Assembly: GCA_044892525.1 (NCBI GenBank)
Contig: CM097885.1
Span: 16,804,001-16,868,000, forward strand
Length of the DNA stretch: 64,000 nucleotides
Reading direction: 5' to 3'
DNA from: Schmidtea polychroa
Lineage: Eukaryota
Part shown: positions 1 to 24,052 of the stretch, one piece after another
How positions within the stretch are numbered: the first letter of the stretch is position 1
How the letters are laid out: each line of letters starts with the position of its first letter
Notes under the pieces: generated by a model
Seen by the model: only the letters and a program-made list of their open reading frames with translations
Databases searched by the model: none
What the model was told of the DNA's origin: nothing
Program-made: the position numbers and the translations under genes

Positions 1-2709
<2,709 letters not shown>

Positions 2710-4290
2710 CGGTATACCCGGTCAATTAAATTAGGAATTTTCTCCAAGAAAATCTGGTTTAATAACTAGGTTAATTTCGAGTTAAGGTATTTATTTAATT
2801 TGTATTCTATTCGAATTTTTCTGTTGTGCGCATTTATCAATCTGATAAATTATCCCGCAGAATCCACTAGTCGCTCGCAATTCACATGAGTAAGGGGAAA
2901 TTTTTTTTAGCGGTAATTGACTGGTTTGTGATTGGTCTAATGAGTCGGTGTGGCAGAATCGCTCGCAGAAGCGCTGCATAACCAATTAACCAGTTACCAG
3001 AGTTAATGGGGGAGGGATGACGCGCTTCTGTGAGGTTGAGATATAATTCCTGTGTGCCACACATCAATTTGCAGATTGATTTGAACGGGTTGGGTTGAGT
3101 TTTGCTGGAAAAAAACAAAAACGTTAATCGAATTAGTTGTCATAAAATATTGATGTCTTCTTCCAGTGTTGATCAAGTGGAGACCAGCCGCAAGTTTATT
3201 TTTGTTAATTTATAAGATCCAATTTGCTACATTTGCCATTAGCATAGAGAGGGGGCCGGTTGAGTTTCCATCTATGAGTATAGGAATATTTTTTTTGATA
3301 AATGAATATAATCGATAACTCAAACCGTTTGAGATGAATTTGATTTTTCTTTTTTCCCCCAAACTCTGCCTCATCATTCATTACCCCCCAAAATGTTCTT
3401 CATCATCTTGATTGAACACTTGGATTTGGTATCAATAATTACGATTGTGTTCCCAATTTCACGTTCATTTTATTGCTAAGTCGATTTCATAATTTAATTA
3501 AAGATTTTTCCCCAGTTAAGGATAAGCTTGAGAGACGTGGAGAAATTTAAAAATTTATTCAATTACATTTTTTTTAAAAAAATATTGGTTAATCGATTTA
3601 AAAAAATCTCATTGATTTTTCCTCCCAGAAATCTATGAAAATTAAATCGTGAAAAATTTCTCTTTGTGCCCATTGATTATTTGTTAGGGAAATTTATATT
3701 TTTTAATTTTATTAATCGGAATTTTAATTAATCGTTTTTATACTTTGAATATTCATTAATGAAAAATAGAAATATTAATTAATAATTTATTAATTAAATC
3801 TGAAGTCTAATTTAAACAAAATTGAGAATAGTAAAAAATATTGAGAATTTCAATTGCAAAATATTTCAATTTCAGTATTTATATATTAAAATTGTTCAAA
3901 GCTTCGCCATCATCACAAGGAACTTTGTTTCACATGATGGTTAATTGTCGGAAGGTTTGGTGCCGTAACTAAGATGATACAGCAGTTGAAACGCAGAAAG
4001 TCAATGAAAAAGGACTGGGAGGGGGTCTTCATATGGAACCGGTGTACGTTAATTGTCAGTTTTCTTTTCTATAATGTGCTATTTTTAACATAAATAAATT
4101 ATACAAGTATTCTTATTAAGCTAATATATATGGCTGATATGTATATCGATATATTTACTGCTTCATAGTCAAGCCTTTTAATAAATACAATGTCAATTGA
4201 AAACAAATCAGTGGTGAATATTGAAAAAAATTCTTATAATGTATGTAAATAAATATTACAAAAAATATTTTTTTATATATCTTTTTTTTT

Positions 4291-4412
<122 letters not shown>

Positions 4413-5554
4413 TTATATATATTTATAAAAAGAAATGCAAAATATTAAATTTAAACTAAAATAATTTTAGCCTATTAATGGTAGCAACTTTTACCTTGCA
4501 CCTCAGCTCCAACGTACCTTGGCGCGGCCATGTTTACAATATATTTATTATCAATCTAAACTCTGTAAGAAATCACCACTCTACTTCCAGTTGCAATAAT
4601 AGTATGTTTTCTGTAATTTCCAAATCCTCTTTATGAGTTCTTCAAATTAATTTTCCAAAGGGGTCTGACTTTATTTATCTAAAACTAATCATCAATTTCT
4701 TATTTTACCTACCTAAAGTAAAATCCGAAATTGGAACCTTGAACTCTCTATTTGTAGTTTCAAAATCTTTGTTAATAATAACTTTCGCCAAAACAATAAT
4801 TTCCTTCACCATCTTCATATATGTCGTCCTAAAAATGAAATAATTAATGACTTACTTATAATAATCTTTCCTAATTCAGTCTCATCCATCAACTTGTTAT
4901 GATAGTGATTCTATATTAATATTTTTGTTTACCTACTCGGGTCCACGAAAACCTTGTTGTAACACTAGTGTAACCACTCGGTTTTATTTTTATATACATA
5001 ATTTATCAGTGACCTCTTATAAATGATATCTGACAATTCTTTTAACAATTATAAACAAAATTTTGATACAGAAGGATAATCGCCCAAATATCCGAAATTT
5101 CCCAATGAACTTAAGCAGTAAAAAATATATTTTTAATTTAATATTTCTTTTTTTTTACTTCTACAGTGCATCCTGCAAATGAGAATTAAGTTGAAATAAA
5201 TTTAATAAAATAAGTACAAATATCACATGAGATTCAATTTACATTTGGGTGTTTCTCTGAATAGGCAAAACTAGTAGCGACAAATCTGGACCTAGGAGCG
5301 GTAAAGATTACACAAGAATATTAACCCTAATAAAAATGCATTTCATACTAATCTTCAATAGCACTGTTTAAACATTTCCAACCTCTGGAATTTGGATTTC
5401 TATTATAAAAATGTTTGAAACTAAATTTAGATCGTGATCTTTGTCAATGCGAATTTGGTAGAACGCCTTTTCTTTCCATGCAGTTTGGCAATCAGAAAGG
5501 AATATGAGGATTTTCATATTATATATTTTGCTCGGTTTAATTTATTACCATTAC

Positions 5555-5681
<127 letters not shown>

Positions 5682-6057
5682 TTATTATTTTATTATTTTA
5701 TTATTATTCATGTTGTTTTTATACTAATATTTTTATACAAAGTAACTGTGCTCTTTTGTTCAAGTAGTCTTTTGACATATCCAATTCTTTGATTATAAAA
5801 CATTTAAAATAATTATTTTGACACTACTGCCAAATTTATTTTAAATTATTTCAATGACAGTGCCAAGATTTGCAACAGGCCCCGTAGTTGAGGGGAATAG
5901 AAATCTTTTGACGGATTTTTTGTCCGATAATTGAAAATGATTTGCATTAGCGGCAAATTGTAAAGGATCTTTATAATATTTCTGTAAAATATTTTGAATC
6001 ATTTTATAATTAAAATAATTGAAAGCAAAATAAATTGTTTATTAAACTTTTTACAAC

Positions 6058-6113
<56 letters not shown>

Positions 6114-6118
<5 letters not shown>

Positions 6119-6277
6119 CAATGAATTGATAATTTAAGCCTTTTGCTGCGAATAATATATTTAATGAAAAATTTTCGACTATAAGATAGTCCTTGTCAAT
6201 CTATCTTATAGTCGAAATTTTTTTCATTAAATACATTATTCGCAGCAAAAGGCTTAAATTATCACTTTATTGTTTTA
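6114..6277. repeat. Near-perfect ~164-bp palindrome (foldback/MITE-like)
   Basis: Arms ~6114-6189 and ~6201-6277 are reverse complements (GATAATTTAAGCCTTTTGCTGCGAATAAT / ATTATTCGCAGCAAAAGGCTTAAATTATC) around an 11-nt loop. Confidence 0.85.
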
Positions 6278-6360
6278 AATAATAAATGCTGCTACTAATA
6301 AATCATCACTTTATAATAATAATAATAATAATCATAATAATCATAATAATCATAGTAATA

Positions 6361-6422
<62 letters not shown>

Positions 6423-6990
6423 CAGATTTTTTTCATAATTTTGTGAATTTATAAGAATAAGAAAAAGAGAGTCACCTTTAGTAAGCCATTTTAAAGAGTG
6501 AAATATTGAAATAATATACCGGCTCAATCTGTCGATGTTTGCTGGTTGAATTTCATAGCAGCTGCTGGCAAGTTACTTGGAGCAATCCAGTGGTGATTGG
6601 TATGTCACTTTTACACTCGACTGATAGCAGAGAAGGATGCTCTATTTATTGTTGCTTTCTTATTTGAAAATTAATTGCACATCAACTCTCTGCCATTTCT
6701 CCCGAGTGACGATTCCTTTCTGTCAGCATAAAACCGTCCCAGATAGTAAGACACCAATTCATACGTATCATATTTCAGCACTTCTTAAATACATGACCAT
6801 ATGGATGTGACCTGTTCAATAACTATTCTATAAACTCATAGCCTTGTTCAAGACTCCAGGACTCTTAATCAAATATTCAGGAATTATTCATCCTTGAGAA
6901 AGAGAAGATAACCTACATTTTACAAAGTTCATGACATGAGCAATACAAATTTATATGTTATTTTTATTATAATTATTTTTATTATTATTA

Positions 6991-7030
<40 letters not shown>

Positions 7031-7033
7031 CAA

Positions 7034-7082
<49 letters not shown>

Positions 7083-7989
7083 TTTGATTATTTTTGATTA
7101 TTTTAATTAACTTTTATTATTTAGATTTTTTCGGCTGACTCAGAATTGTGTTGGACAAATATTTTGATAATTAATCTCAATCTTTCAAGGAAATGAATAT
7201 TTACGGTGCAATTTATTGATAATAAATAATAAATTAGCCCGTCTGTAGGCCACTGGAAACGTTTGGCAAGACTTCAATTTTTTGCATTCTTCAAATATAC
7301 GAATTGTCCTTGTTTCAATTTTCAGTTATTTATTTGTTTTATCGCATAGCACTAATAATTTCACTAACTTGATTAGGTAATTAAAATAATTAAATTGCTG
7401 GTTACAATAATTGTTTCGATTTTGATTATAATTTATCATTCTACTCGCTGCTTCCTCTGCTTAATATCTGATATAATTTATGTTCTCTTGTTGCAGGTTG
7501 CGGACCCATGGGAGATAATAAAATAGGAAACATGTCAACTCTCCATTTTTTTCGATTTTTTTTATTTTTCTATTCTTTAATGCCAAACGTCAGAACCAAT
7601 TTGGTGATCTACGAACGCTATCTGCTTCTTTACTAAAAAAACACGAATGGTTTTCGAGTAGCTGTCTGTAGATTTTGGAACCCTTTTAATGATAATTGAA
7701 AATTTTAGATTAAAGAGACATTCATTCGACAATAATATATCTCCCCTCTACCGCTGAAACTTGAATGAGCTGTGATACCATAACTGCCATGTAACCAGCG
7801 CTGCCATATAATACGAAAACACACACACACACGCCAGCTCCAATAGAGAATTTTTTGAGTGAGACGAACGACAGAACTTCTCATTTACGATTCAACGCTT
7901 TTACATATGTCATCTTCATGTTTATTTTGTTGAGATGAAATTAAATTTTTACAATTGTTACGTATTTTTTGAATTTATTTGCTTGACTT

Positions 7990-8291
7990 TGAAGAGTCGA
8001 TCTTAAGTTCTCGAAATAACTGATTGGATTGTTCTTTTGTTCACGATGGTTTGCTTCGAGATGTCAAATTACTTTGCTTAGATTCATTGATTCATTGCTG
8101 AAACCTTTTGCAAAAATGAGACAAAACGGCAGCGAGGGATCGTTTTCTAATGCAATAAATCCATATTGCAGATATTCATTCTTATTCTTTCGCATTTTTA
8201 CTTTTGATGATACAATCGCCTTATCATCGTTTTTTTCATCTGGCATATCTTTCTTCTCACTTGCATCTTTCTGAATAACAAAACTGTCCAT
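7990..8291 (-). mobile_element. hAT (Buster/Charlie-like) transposase N-terminal remnant
   Basis: RKNKNEYLQYGFI...PFCLIFAKGFSNESMNLSKVI*HLEANH...NPISYF matches the degenerate BED-finger N-terminus of this hAT group; internal stop. Confidence 0.75.
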
Positions 8292-11200
8292 CTAAGACTT
8301 AGATAACTAAAGTTAACTTAGTAACTAAGTAATTAATTATAAATTTTTATTTTGTAAATTTTAATTTTCAAACTTGTTTTCGAATCTTCAAATGTGAATA
8401 TAATTATTATACTACGTTAGAACATTTTTGCTATTTTTATTTAAATATTGTTAGAAGATGGACGAATATTAAAGATTTTGAAACTTAAACATTACGTAAT
8501 AGGAACAAATAAATATAGAATTCATATATAGAATAAATATAACATTCACATACACATACGCACGCACATAATGATAATTTATTATTTAGATTTTTTCGGC
8601 TGACTCAGAATTGTGTGATATATTATTATATATTATATATACAACACAAATTGAAATATATTTAAGGTGATTGTTATCTTTATATTTTTAACTTTATATT
8701 TTACAAAATTTGTAATTGTGATAATTAAATAAATTTATTGAACCAGTGTTTGTGTTCTTATTTATATAGGAACCATCAAGTTGAAATTTGATAACCTCAA
8801 CAATATTTAAATATTTTAAATTTTAAAATAAAAACATTTTATATTCACAATTCAATTTCAAACATTCCTTCTACCCATAATTACGCAAATCATTGGTCGC
8901 AAAACGCTTTACTATCATACCCGATTCAACCGTAATATATTTCGTACCCAATTCGACAATTCCAAGCTAGATCGGCGGCACAGGACCTGCCTGACACTGT
9001 AATAGAATAACAATAGTATAGTCCTTATGCTTACGACTTTGCTTAATGGTGTATGGTGTGATAAAGATGAGTTTGCTCATAGGAGTATCTGATAGCATCA
9101 GGGTAGTATTCTCGTAAACTCAGAATTAAAATGGCGATAAGTTTGATGGTTTTAATATTAACGGTTATTGAGATATAGATATTACTGATATATAAAAGCG
9201 ATAGGAATGATAATGATTACGAAAATGATAATAATATTGGCAGGCCTAGCAGTAACAATAGCGATAGTAAAGACAAAAGTCTTATAAGAAAACAATTTTC
9301 ATCTTGTTGTTTCTCTAAAGTTAACTCGGTGCAATTTTAATAGGTTCGTGATTCCAAAATTGTCCATGTCCTAAATTGCCTGCTGCTTCTCGCGTTTTTT
9401 TACTGGGTTCTGTGAAAACATCCATTCACTTAATTCTTTGAGTTTGAATTTCTTGAGTAAAGTTCTGTCCTAGTTGTAATTTAGTTCCATTTATTTCCAA
9501 GTTCTGAGTAATAATTAGTTTCTATCGAAGTTTACCGTAGTTGTACTCTTCCTTAAATACTTGGATTTATTTCTTGTGGGTATCCACTATCCTACCATTG
9601 GGTTGTCCTGACAAACCTACTGACAAATCTTCGGTACGGCCTTTATTAAGTTTTGGTTAAGATTTTCAGTTGAAATTTATATTAAAATCTTTTTGTGCTT
9701 TCACGAGAAAAAATAGGTGACATTAGCAAATTTATCTTCAATCTAACTGTGAGGAGTTTTCAGCTGAGAATTAAATATTTCAATGATTTATTAAGATAAT
9801 TTTAAATGATAAATAACAATCTTTTTAAAAAAAAGTTTTATTAGTAAATAAATTTTCAATAAATATATTTTAAATATTGAAATTTTAATAAATGGTTTTG
9901 AAAATATTTTATTCAACGCTGAAAATTTGCTTGAAAATTATGCAACATTTGATTAAATACGTGGAATTATGACGTTAACTTTTGAACCGGATTTAAAAAA
10001 TAATTTAGAAGATGTGTTAGCAGCTTTTAATACTAACATTAACCAGTAATCCCGATGAGGGGCGCATTTAAATCCTCAAGTAGCGCCGTCTCTTCCATTG
10101 TGCTAACTGTGCTAAGCACAGGGGGCGCCGTGAGTGAAAGGGCGCCGTAAATTTTATAAAAGCCATAAATTTGATAAAATTGAAAAAAAAAATTTGAAAA
10201 ATTATAAACAAAACAAAATTAAAGAAAATCGAAAAAAAATTAGTTTAATATATAAATTAAAATTTTAAAAATATGCAAAAATAATTATTATTTTTTGACA
10301 TTTTTGTTTATAAGTTTTAAAACTTTAAAAAATTGAGAAGAAAATTTTGTAATAATCTAGTTATCCACATTTACGAATTAATTTTGAAATAAGAGGTGAA
10401 AAGAATATATTTTTTTATTACAATTTATAACTTTACATTTTTTTAAAGATACCCTTGTAAAATAAAAATGGAAAAGAAAAAATTATCCGGATGTGCTAGA
10501 CGAAAACTGAATGCAACAAAAAGATTAAAAGACAAATCTATATAATGTGTAATATTATTAATAAACATAATATATTTTTGTAAAAATTGTTTTTTTAGGG
10601 GCGCATTATAGTTTATAGCACAGGGGCGACAAATTTCTAAAGACGCCTTTGTCCTCAAGTATGTTTTTATAATAAGGTTAATAATAAAATTATTAAACAT
10701 TATTGTTATGTTTAGTTATTTTTTACTTATCCATTTCCTCTACTGAGTAGAGATGGAGGCCCCAAAAATATATTAATGGGGCCGTGATTTATAGTTACGC
10801 CTCTGACAACAGTGACATTTCATTTCATTATTAAATATTATATTTATTTTTGAATTTTTTATAATGAAAAATTTTATCTATAATTATAAATAATTCTCAA
10901 TTATTTTTGTTGCAAATGGATTCCATGCATTCTGGGCCGCAGTGGCATTTGTTAACCACAAATTGTGCGACCTGTAAACAGAGTCATGATTAATTAATGA
11001 GATTTCCTCAGCCGCAGAGAGTTGGGCCCATTAATTGCAATTTCTAAATTGAAAGCGGGAGTTATTTTAGCAAAATACAAGTAAGTTTTATTTGAAATGT
11101 TTGCTTAATTATATGTCTACAATCCGAATGGGAATGGGAATCGTCACAGATAAATTTTAGGGGAATGTTTGGACTTTATGGTTGCTGTAATGGCAAAATA

Positions 11201-11438
11201 AACTTCAAATTAATATTAAAAATCTTTTGTATTATTTTCATTATTGCTTTATTCTTGAATTCATTTCACTCAATCTTCATTTCTTTTCAGACTGCAGATA
11301 AACGATGAGCAATAAAATTTGAACGCGAGCCCATTCGGAACTCTTAAAATATCTGGTGGACCATTTAATAATATTAACGACCTGAAAAACATTTTTCATG
11401 TGAAATACTATAATATTTATTTTCTAAAATATAATGTA

Positions 11439-11784
11439 CAGAAATATTTCTCAGTTGATGAGCTTGATCATCAACACCTTCTATTCAAACAAAGAAATCT
11501 TCCTTAGAGGATTGATTTCCAATGCTAATGGTGCTCTTGATAAAGTTCATTACAAGAACTTGATGGGCCAATCAGTCTTGGATAGCCAAAAGGAGTTAAT
11601 GATTAAAGTTATTCCAGATAAAGATTCCAATACTTTGATATTGTAGGATACTGGAGTCGATATGACCAAATCTGAACTCATCACCAATCTTGGTACAATC
11701 GCCAGATCAGGTATCAAAGCTTTCATGGAAGCCTTGACTTCTGTAGCAGATGTTTCTATGGTCGGTCAGTTTGGTGTCGCTTTC
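11439..11784 (+). pseudogene. HSP90: HSP90 N-terminal fragment
   Basis: [27 protein letters not shown]...[31 protein letters not shown]...MVGQFGVAF; stop at 11644-11646, truncated at both ends, no intron. Confidence 0.92.
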
Positions 11785-14700
11785 AATAAATATATTGAAC
11801 GAAATAGTTTTATGTTCCGATATTAATTGAAAAAAAATCAGAGGTGAAAATTGATTTGAAATGTATAATATAAGTTCAGCAAAAATTACATGAATGAATG
11901 TGAATGTATGTTTGGTAATTATAATTTAAATGATGAAACTTTAATTAAATTAGTTACAGTAATTAATTTTTAATAAACTTTTTAAATTAAATAATAATTA
12001 AACAATTAATGATGTTGCTTAAAATATTACATCAGATGTGAAATATTTCTGTTTGCTAAATGAAAATACTTATTCGATTGGACATAAAACATTATTAATT
12101 ATTAATGACAATGGGCATGTAATAAACGAAGCAGATGCCATTATAAAATAAGATACAATGGGAGGTCAGTCAAGTGCGAAGGTTACTATTAATGATCAAT
12201 GGTGGAGATGTTATTGGGTACAAGAGCTAAGATTAGTGACTTGGACTATAGTTTAATTGAAGAAACCCATTTGAACAAAATCAAATCGAGCAACACCATA
12301 GTCTTAACTATAGCATTAACAGTTAAAATTCAAAATACAGTCTACTTATGATGCATAAATTGGATGTTTTTCACCTCTGTTTTCTTTTCAATTGGCATTG
12401 TGCTCATTAAGAAATTGACTATGAACCTTAAAGATACACGACTTTTAGCAATTATTTCTAAATGGCAAATTAACTGAATTTTAAATCTAATTAATACCAC
12501 TATAAGCCTAAGTGACCCTCCCTTACGGACGCCCATGCTTTCAGGTAATTAACTGTCATTGTATTATGTTGGTGTTAAATAGTTTCCGGTTTCCAACCTT
12601 CAGTTTAGCTGCATACTTTTACACTTATACGCATTAGGGGGAATCCTTAATCGATAGTTTTAATATTATATTATACATTAACTTGTTGGGTTTTTGGTTA
12701 ATTTAAGTCGGTTACCTCTGACTCCTCGTGTCCTTTAAGTCAAAACAATAACGACCCAACGTATATTGAAATAACAAAATTCACAATCTTCTCTCAACAC
12801 TTTACAATCAATAATCAAAGTTACGTTTAACCGACTCTCCGCTCGGTGTTGATGCTTTGATAAAGATAATATTTACCTTTTATTCCGTTAAGTTCTCTTG
12901 ACCAACGTTTTCCTTTTGTTTCTTTGATTTGATCCTTTGTCACTCTTTTTATTCTTATTCAATCTCTTCTTTTTCCCTAATCTCCTAAATTCGTTTTGGC
13001 CTTTTCCTAAGCTCGATTTCTTCTTACCCTACCTGAGGCAAAATGCCGATTTGCTCTGATTTTTCCCTTCCTTATATACTCTTCGAAATCGGGATGACAA
13101 ATGGTTATTGCCGAGCCAATCTTTCACTTGACATTTGCTTCCACGTACCTGCTTCGGCTGTCACCCATAATGGTCCAACGAGCCAAGATAATTAATGGCC
13201 CTTCCGGTCTTTCTACACGCACAATCTTCTCCTTGCTCTTTTCCAATTAATCATTGTGTCAAGCTAATGGATCCAAATCTTCCTTCTGTTTACTTTTCTT
13301 CTTGTTTACCCAGCTTCTTGTTTTCCCATTAGCTCGGGTTTTCTATTAGTCAATTAATTAATTAATTAATGTTTTCTGTTTTTACACATTTGAATGCTTT
13401 TCGACCCTTCCTAACCATTTTCTGATAAATCCTTAATCATCATCTTGTTGACCATTAGCTAATCTATACATGTCCCGTTTTCCCAATTCGATTTCGATGA
13501 TTTTACCATTTATTGATTTTTCTCGGATTTCCGGATTCTTGCCTTTCTTAACTGCTTTTGCCATTTCCTAATACTGCTTCCATCGTACTTTCCTTTACTA
13601 TCAATTCTGTGCATGATCACGCTTTTATTTGTCTTTTTTCTTCACTTACTTTTTAATTAAATCCCCAACCTAAATTTCATTTACATTTTATTTTAATTTA
13701 CTGACCTCAACAAACTAATTAACAATCAATTAACAATAGAGTAAATAATAATATACATTAACTAATTGACAATGAATTAATAATAGAGTTAATAATAATG
13801 ATTAATAATAATACTAAGATGACAGGGTAGTGATAGGGTAGTGATAGTCATGATCCTAATAATAATAAAAATGATAATAATTTGGATAATAGCGCTAATC
13901 ATATTAATAATCATGCTAATAATAATACTAGTAATTGAAATTATGTAACCGTAGTGTATATATATTTTAGCTGACTAAGTATAACATTGTTCCCTATCAT
14001 CCTATAACCTAGGGGGGGGGGGGTATTTATGAAAAAAGTAATTTAGAATTTTATAAGTTACAGTTATATATATATATATATATTGTAGGGACATATAATT
14101 AATTTGAACAAAGAATTTATTGTACTTAACATTGTCGAAGATCTTGACAATCATCAGAGATATCATTGTTAATAAATCGAAGGTTTCTGTTTCCTGTATT
14201 TCTGGCATATTTGATCCATTGATTTTGACTCAATTTGATGAATATTCAACTTCTTTAGTAACTGCTTCAGTTTATTCGACTTGTTCAGTTTCTTCAACTT
14301 CTGCAACTTCTGCAACTTCTGCAACTTCTGCAACTTCTTCAACTTGTTCGACTTCAGTGACAACTTCAGTGACTTCGTTAGACGTGTAAGTTTTGGGTCC
14401 AGAGATCAGTTCTAGCCCAACACCAGGTTACTTTTTAAACTGCGGAATTGGCACACATACCAACAAGCATCATACACCAACAAGCATCATACACCAACAA
14501 GTTCTTGAACTCAAACATGTTCTAAAATTGGAAATGAAATAAATTTAGGTCAAACCTACAAACTCATGTTACGTCTTGAAATAACCTTGATCAATGTTTT
14601 TTATGCAATGGGTACTATTCCAAATTTTACTTTGTGGACACTTCTGGACAATTTATTTACAATTATGCTCCTTTTGATATCAAGTTTATTGTAAATCTTC

Positions 14701-15760
14701 GTGAACTTCTTCTTTATTAAGTTTCTAAAATTCTTTCCTATAACTTTCTCGTGGTTTCACTCAATTGAGCAGTAATCCGGCCTTTCTCATTACTGAGGTA
14801 CCATAATCTCAATTTGATGATCCTATATAATTAACAATGACAACACTCGTTACTTAAAGTTTGATTTAAAATAGTAAATAACAAAATATTACCTTTGCAA
14901 AAAAATTGAACAAAGATTTATATGTTTTTAAGTACTTTATTTTAAGTACCCTAAGAGACTGTTCTACCAAAATTATTCTTCTAAAATTCTGCTGATTTTC
15001 AAGTTAAATATATTATCAATTGTATGCGTGCGTGTTTAAGTTATATTGTATAAAATCATAAAATAAAATAAACAGGAATATATGTAAAGGAATGTATGAA
15101 AGAATAAACAGAAATTTGCCATGAACATTGTACTATATATAAATAAAATTGATAAATTAATTCATTTAACTGTTAATTAAGGGTGGGAGGAGGATTTCCG
15201 TCGGTATAATTTTTCATTATTTGACTTTAAAACAAATTCATATACAATAATACCTCACTTTCCAAAAAACACGACGCAAAGTGAATTATGATTTTCAATT
15301 GAATTGTGACTAACTATTGTGAAAAAAAATTAAAGACTCAGACCCAAAACATCGCAACTTCGAAAATCTAACGACGCACAGTGAAAATTAATACTAATTC
15401 AGCAGTGACGCATCTTCGAAAAAACGCAAAACGAAACGACGCAAAGCGAGATATTGGTATATATTAAAATGTTTCATTTGGTTTCATAGTAATTTATTAT
15501 AATTTTCTAAAGCTAATTTCACCATTCAAAATATTTTCAGTTAGAAATTGTTATATAATAATTAATTTAGTTTTCTGATTTATATTTATAATTTGAAAAT
15601 CGTATTAAAAATTTGATTAAAAATTGACAAAAATTTTACAATTATATTTATTTATTTATTAAATTAATTATTGGAAAATATCATTCCGAATCGGAGGTAT
15701 TTTCTTTTTGTTTATTTAATCGTTTCTATAGTATTGCACTCTGCAAGAATCTAAAAATAT

Positions 15761-22109
<6,349 letters not shown>

Positions 22110-22949
22110 TCTTTTTTTAATTTTGCACAACAAACCTCAAATCTGCTGATTTTATTATTGTTATTATATTTGCTCTTTTACTCTATTCAATATTTTATAA
22201 TAAAATAATTTTTATATTTTGTTTTAATTATGTGTAAAATTTTGGATAAAATGAAACTTTAATCTGCCTATCTACATTTATTATGAATAAATTTAAAGTA
22301 TTAACTCCCGAATACACCACCTCACTTCTTAATTCTGTTAGGTTCGTATAATAACGCAGTTCGTGTAAAGTAGCTCTAAAGAAACGCGCAAATAGATAAA
22401 ATGTAAAAATTTTAAAAATTAATGTATTTGGCAAATGATGAGACGAATTCAAATATATTAATATAAATCAATGCGGAATCCCCAGAAAAAAAATATTAAA
22501 GAAAAACAAACTAAGGTATTTCTAAGAAGCGAAAGATGGTACCGATATGTATTTAAATAACCCGCTTGCATATTCATGAATGCTAATAAAGTTTTTTTTA
22601 TCTAAAAGAAATTGACAAAAACACAAATATGGCTTTAAATATTATTTTTAATTACCAAAATATTACTAGAATATTTCTTATAAAATCTGAAAATTCATGC
22701 ATAATTTAATTTTTACTACTTATTACGAAATGTCAGTAGTAAACAAAAAATAAATAAGGATAGTTTTCATTTATAAATAAAATGTGCGAGGAATATTTGG
22801 AGCATCTGAAAAAAAGTTACTAAAAGGCTATATATAAGCAAAAACCAGGCACTATGTTCTATGGTTTAATACGTTTGAATATTAAAACCAAATTTAAATC
22901 AATTAAAAGGCAAAATAATTTCTTTACATTTATTAAAATAAACATGAAA

Positions 22950-23471
22950 TCACATATCCATTTGGGTATCTTTAATTATTTCCTCCATTTTTGATAAATT
23001 ATTTGTAAAATCATCCATAGTATTATTAACAAATTCAGAAATAATATCTTCGTCATATGCTCCTTTAATTTCATCTGATATCACTTGGAAAATTTCACAT
23101 TCTATATTTTCTTTGATTTTCTCTGCACTATAACCTCTATTTAAAAGTCTTTGATAAAGAAATGAATTTTCAGTTCTCAAAACAAATACAAATTGAAACC
23201 ATCTTTCAGGGAAAAAATCTCCACCGTGGTATTCAACTATGTTACCACCTTCACACATTTTATCTTCAAGGAAATCTATTATTTTGTCTTCATCAATTAT
23301 ATGACATTGCCTTTCTTCATCGTACGACTCATAAAAATTATTAGCTTTCACAACATCGCCAATATTTATATGATTGTAATTTATTTTATTTGCTAATTCT
23401 GTTGAAATAGTTGTCTTGCCAGTTCCTGGTGTACCAACGATAAGTACATTTGATTTCAATGGATTAGCCAT
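22950..23471 (-). CDS. AK6: Adenylate kinase isoenzyme 6 (AK6/CINAP/Fap7)
   Basis: Intact 173-aa ORF; P-loop GTPGTGKTT, GGNIVEYHG.DFFPERWF, RGYS..KI.ENIECEIFQ. Confidence 0.95.
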   Translation of the reverse strand: MANPLKSNVLIVGTPGTGKTTISTELANKINYNHINIGDVVKANNFYESYDEERQCHIIDEDKIIDFLEDKMCEGGNIVEYHGGDFFPERWFQFVFVLRTENSFLYQRLLNRGYSAEKIKENIECEIFQVISDEIKGAYDEDIISEFVNNTMDDFTNNLSKMEEIIKDTQMDM

Positions 23472-23981
23472 AATTCTATAATATTAATAAGTAAATTAAC
23501 ACACTAATATTTGACAAATATTTCAATTATTCATATTATTTAAACAAAAATAAAAAGTCAAAAAATTATTAATTTTAATTAAGATATAAATTTGATTGAG
23601 CTTTAAAAATTCTAAGAAAATGCGTGATCAAAATAAAGTATAGGTTCTAAAATATGTAGTTATATATTTTATATTGATGTTTTTATTATCATTTTGGGGT
23701 CCAACTTATTTAGGACGGGCGCAAAAATTTTACCGATGTAAGGAACTAAATTATTCTTAATATATAATATTCGAATATTCGAACTATTTTTTATTAAATT
23801 GGGTCGATGAGGTAACTAATCGAAATAATTTCTATCTCAATTGGATATAAATTAGAACTTTCATTTGGCTCTCGTTACTAGGAAACTTTAGTAATTTAAT
23901 GATAGGGCCAAAAAAATGGAGAGCTTTTTTAAATGAATCGGAAACAATTTTTATGGAAACGGTACCAAGTTGAATTAAGTA

Positions 23982-24052
23982 ATTGTAATTTATTTTATTT
24001 GCTAATTCTGTTGAAATAGTTGTCTTGCCAGTTCTTAGTGTACCAACGATAA
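23982..24052 (-). pseudogene. ~70-bp duplicate of the AK6 P-loop segment (23373-23443)
   Basis: Near-identical DNA; encodes IVGTLRTGKTTISTELANKINYN. Confidence 0.85.

Noticed and set aside
2720..3140. Phox2 autoregulatory TAAT-N3-ATTA sites and CCAAT boxes
   Set aside because: Expected by chance at this AT content; needs cross-species conservation
10060..10650. Non-autonomous hAT with GGGCGC subterminal motifs
   Set aside because: TIRs too degenerate and no TSD found
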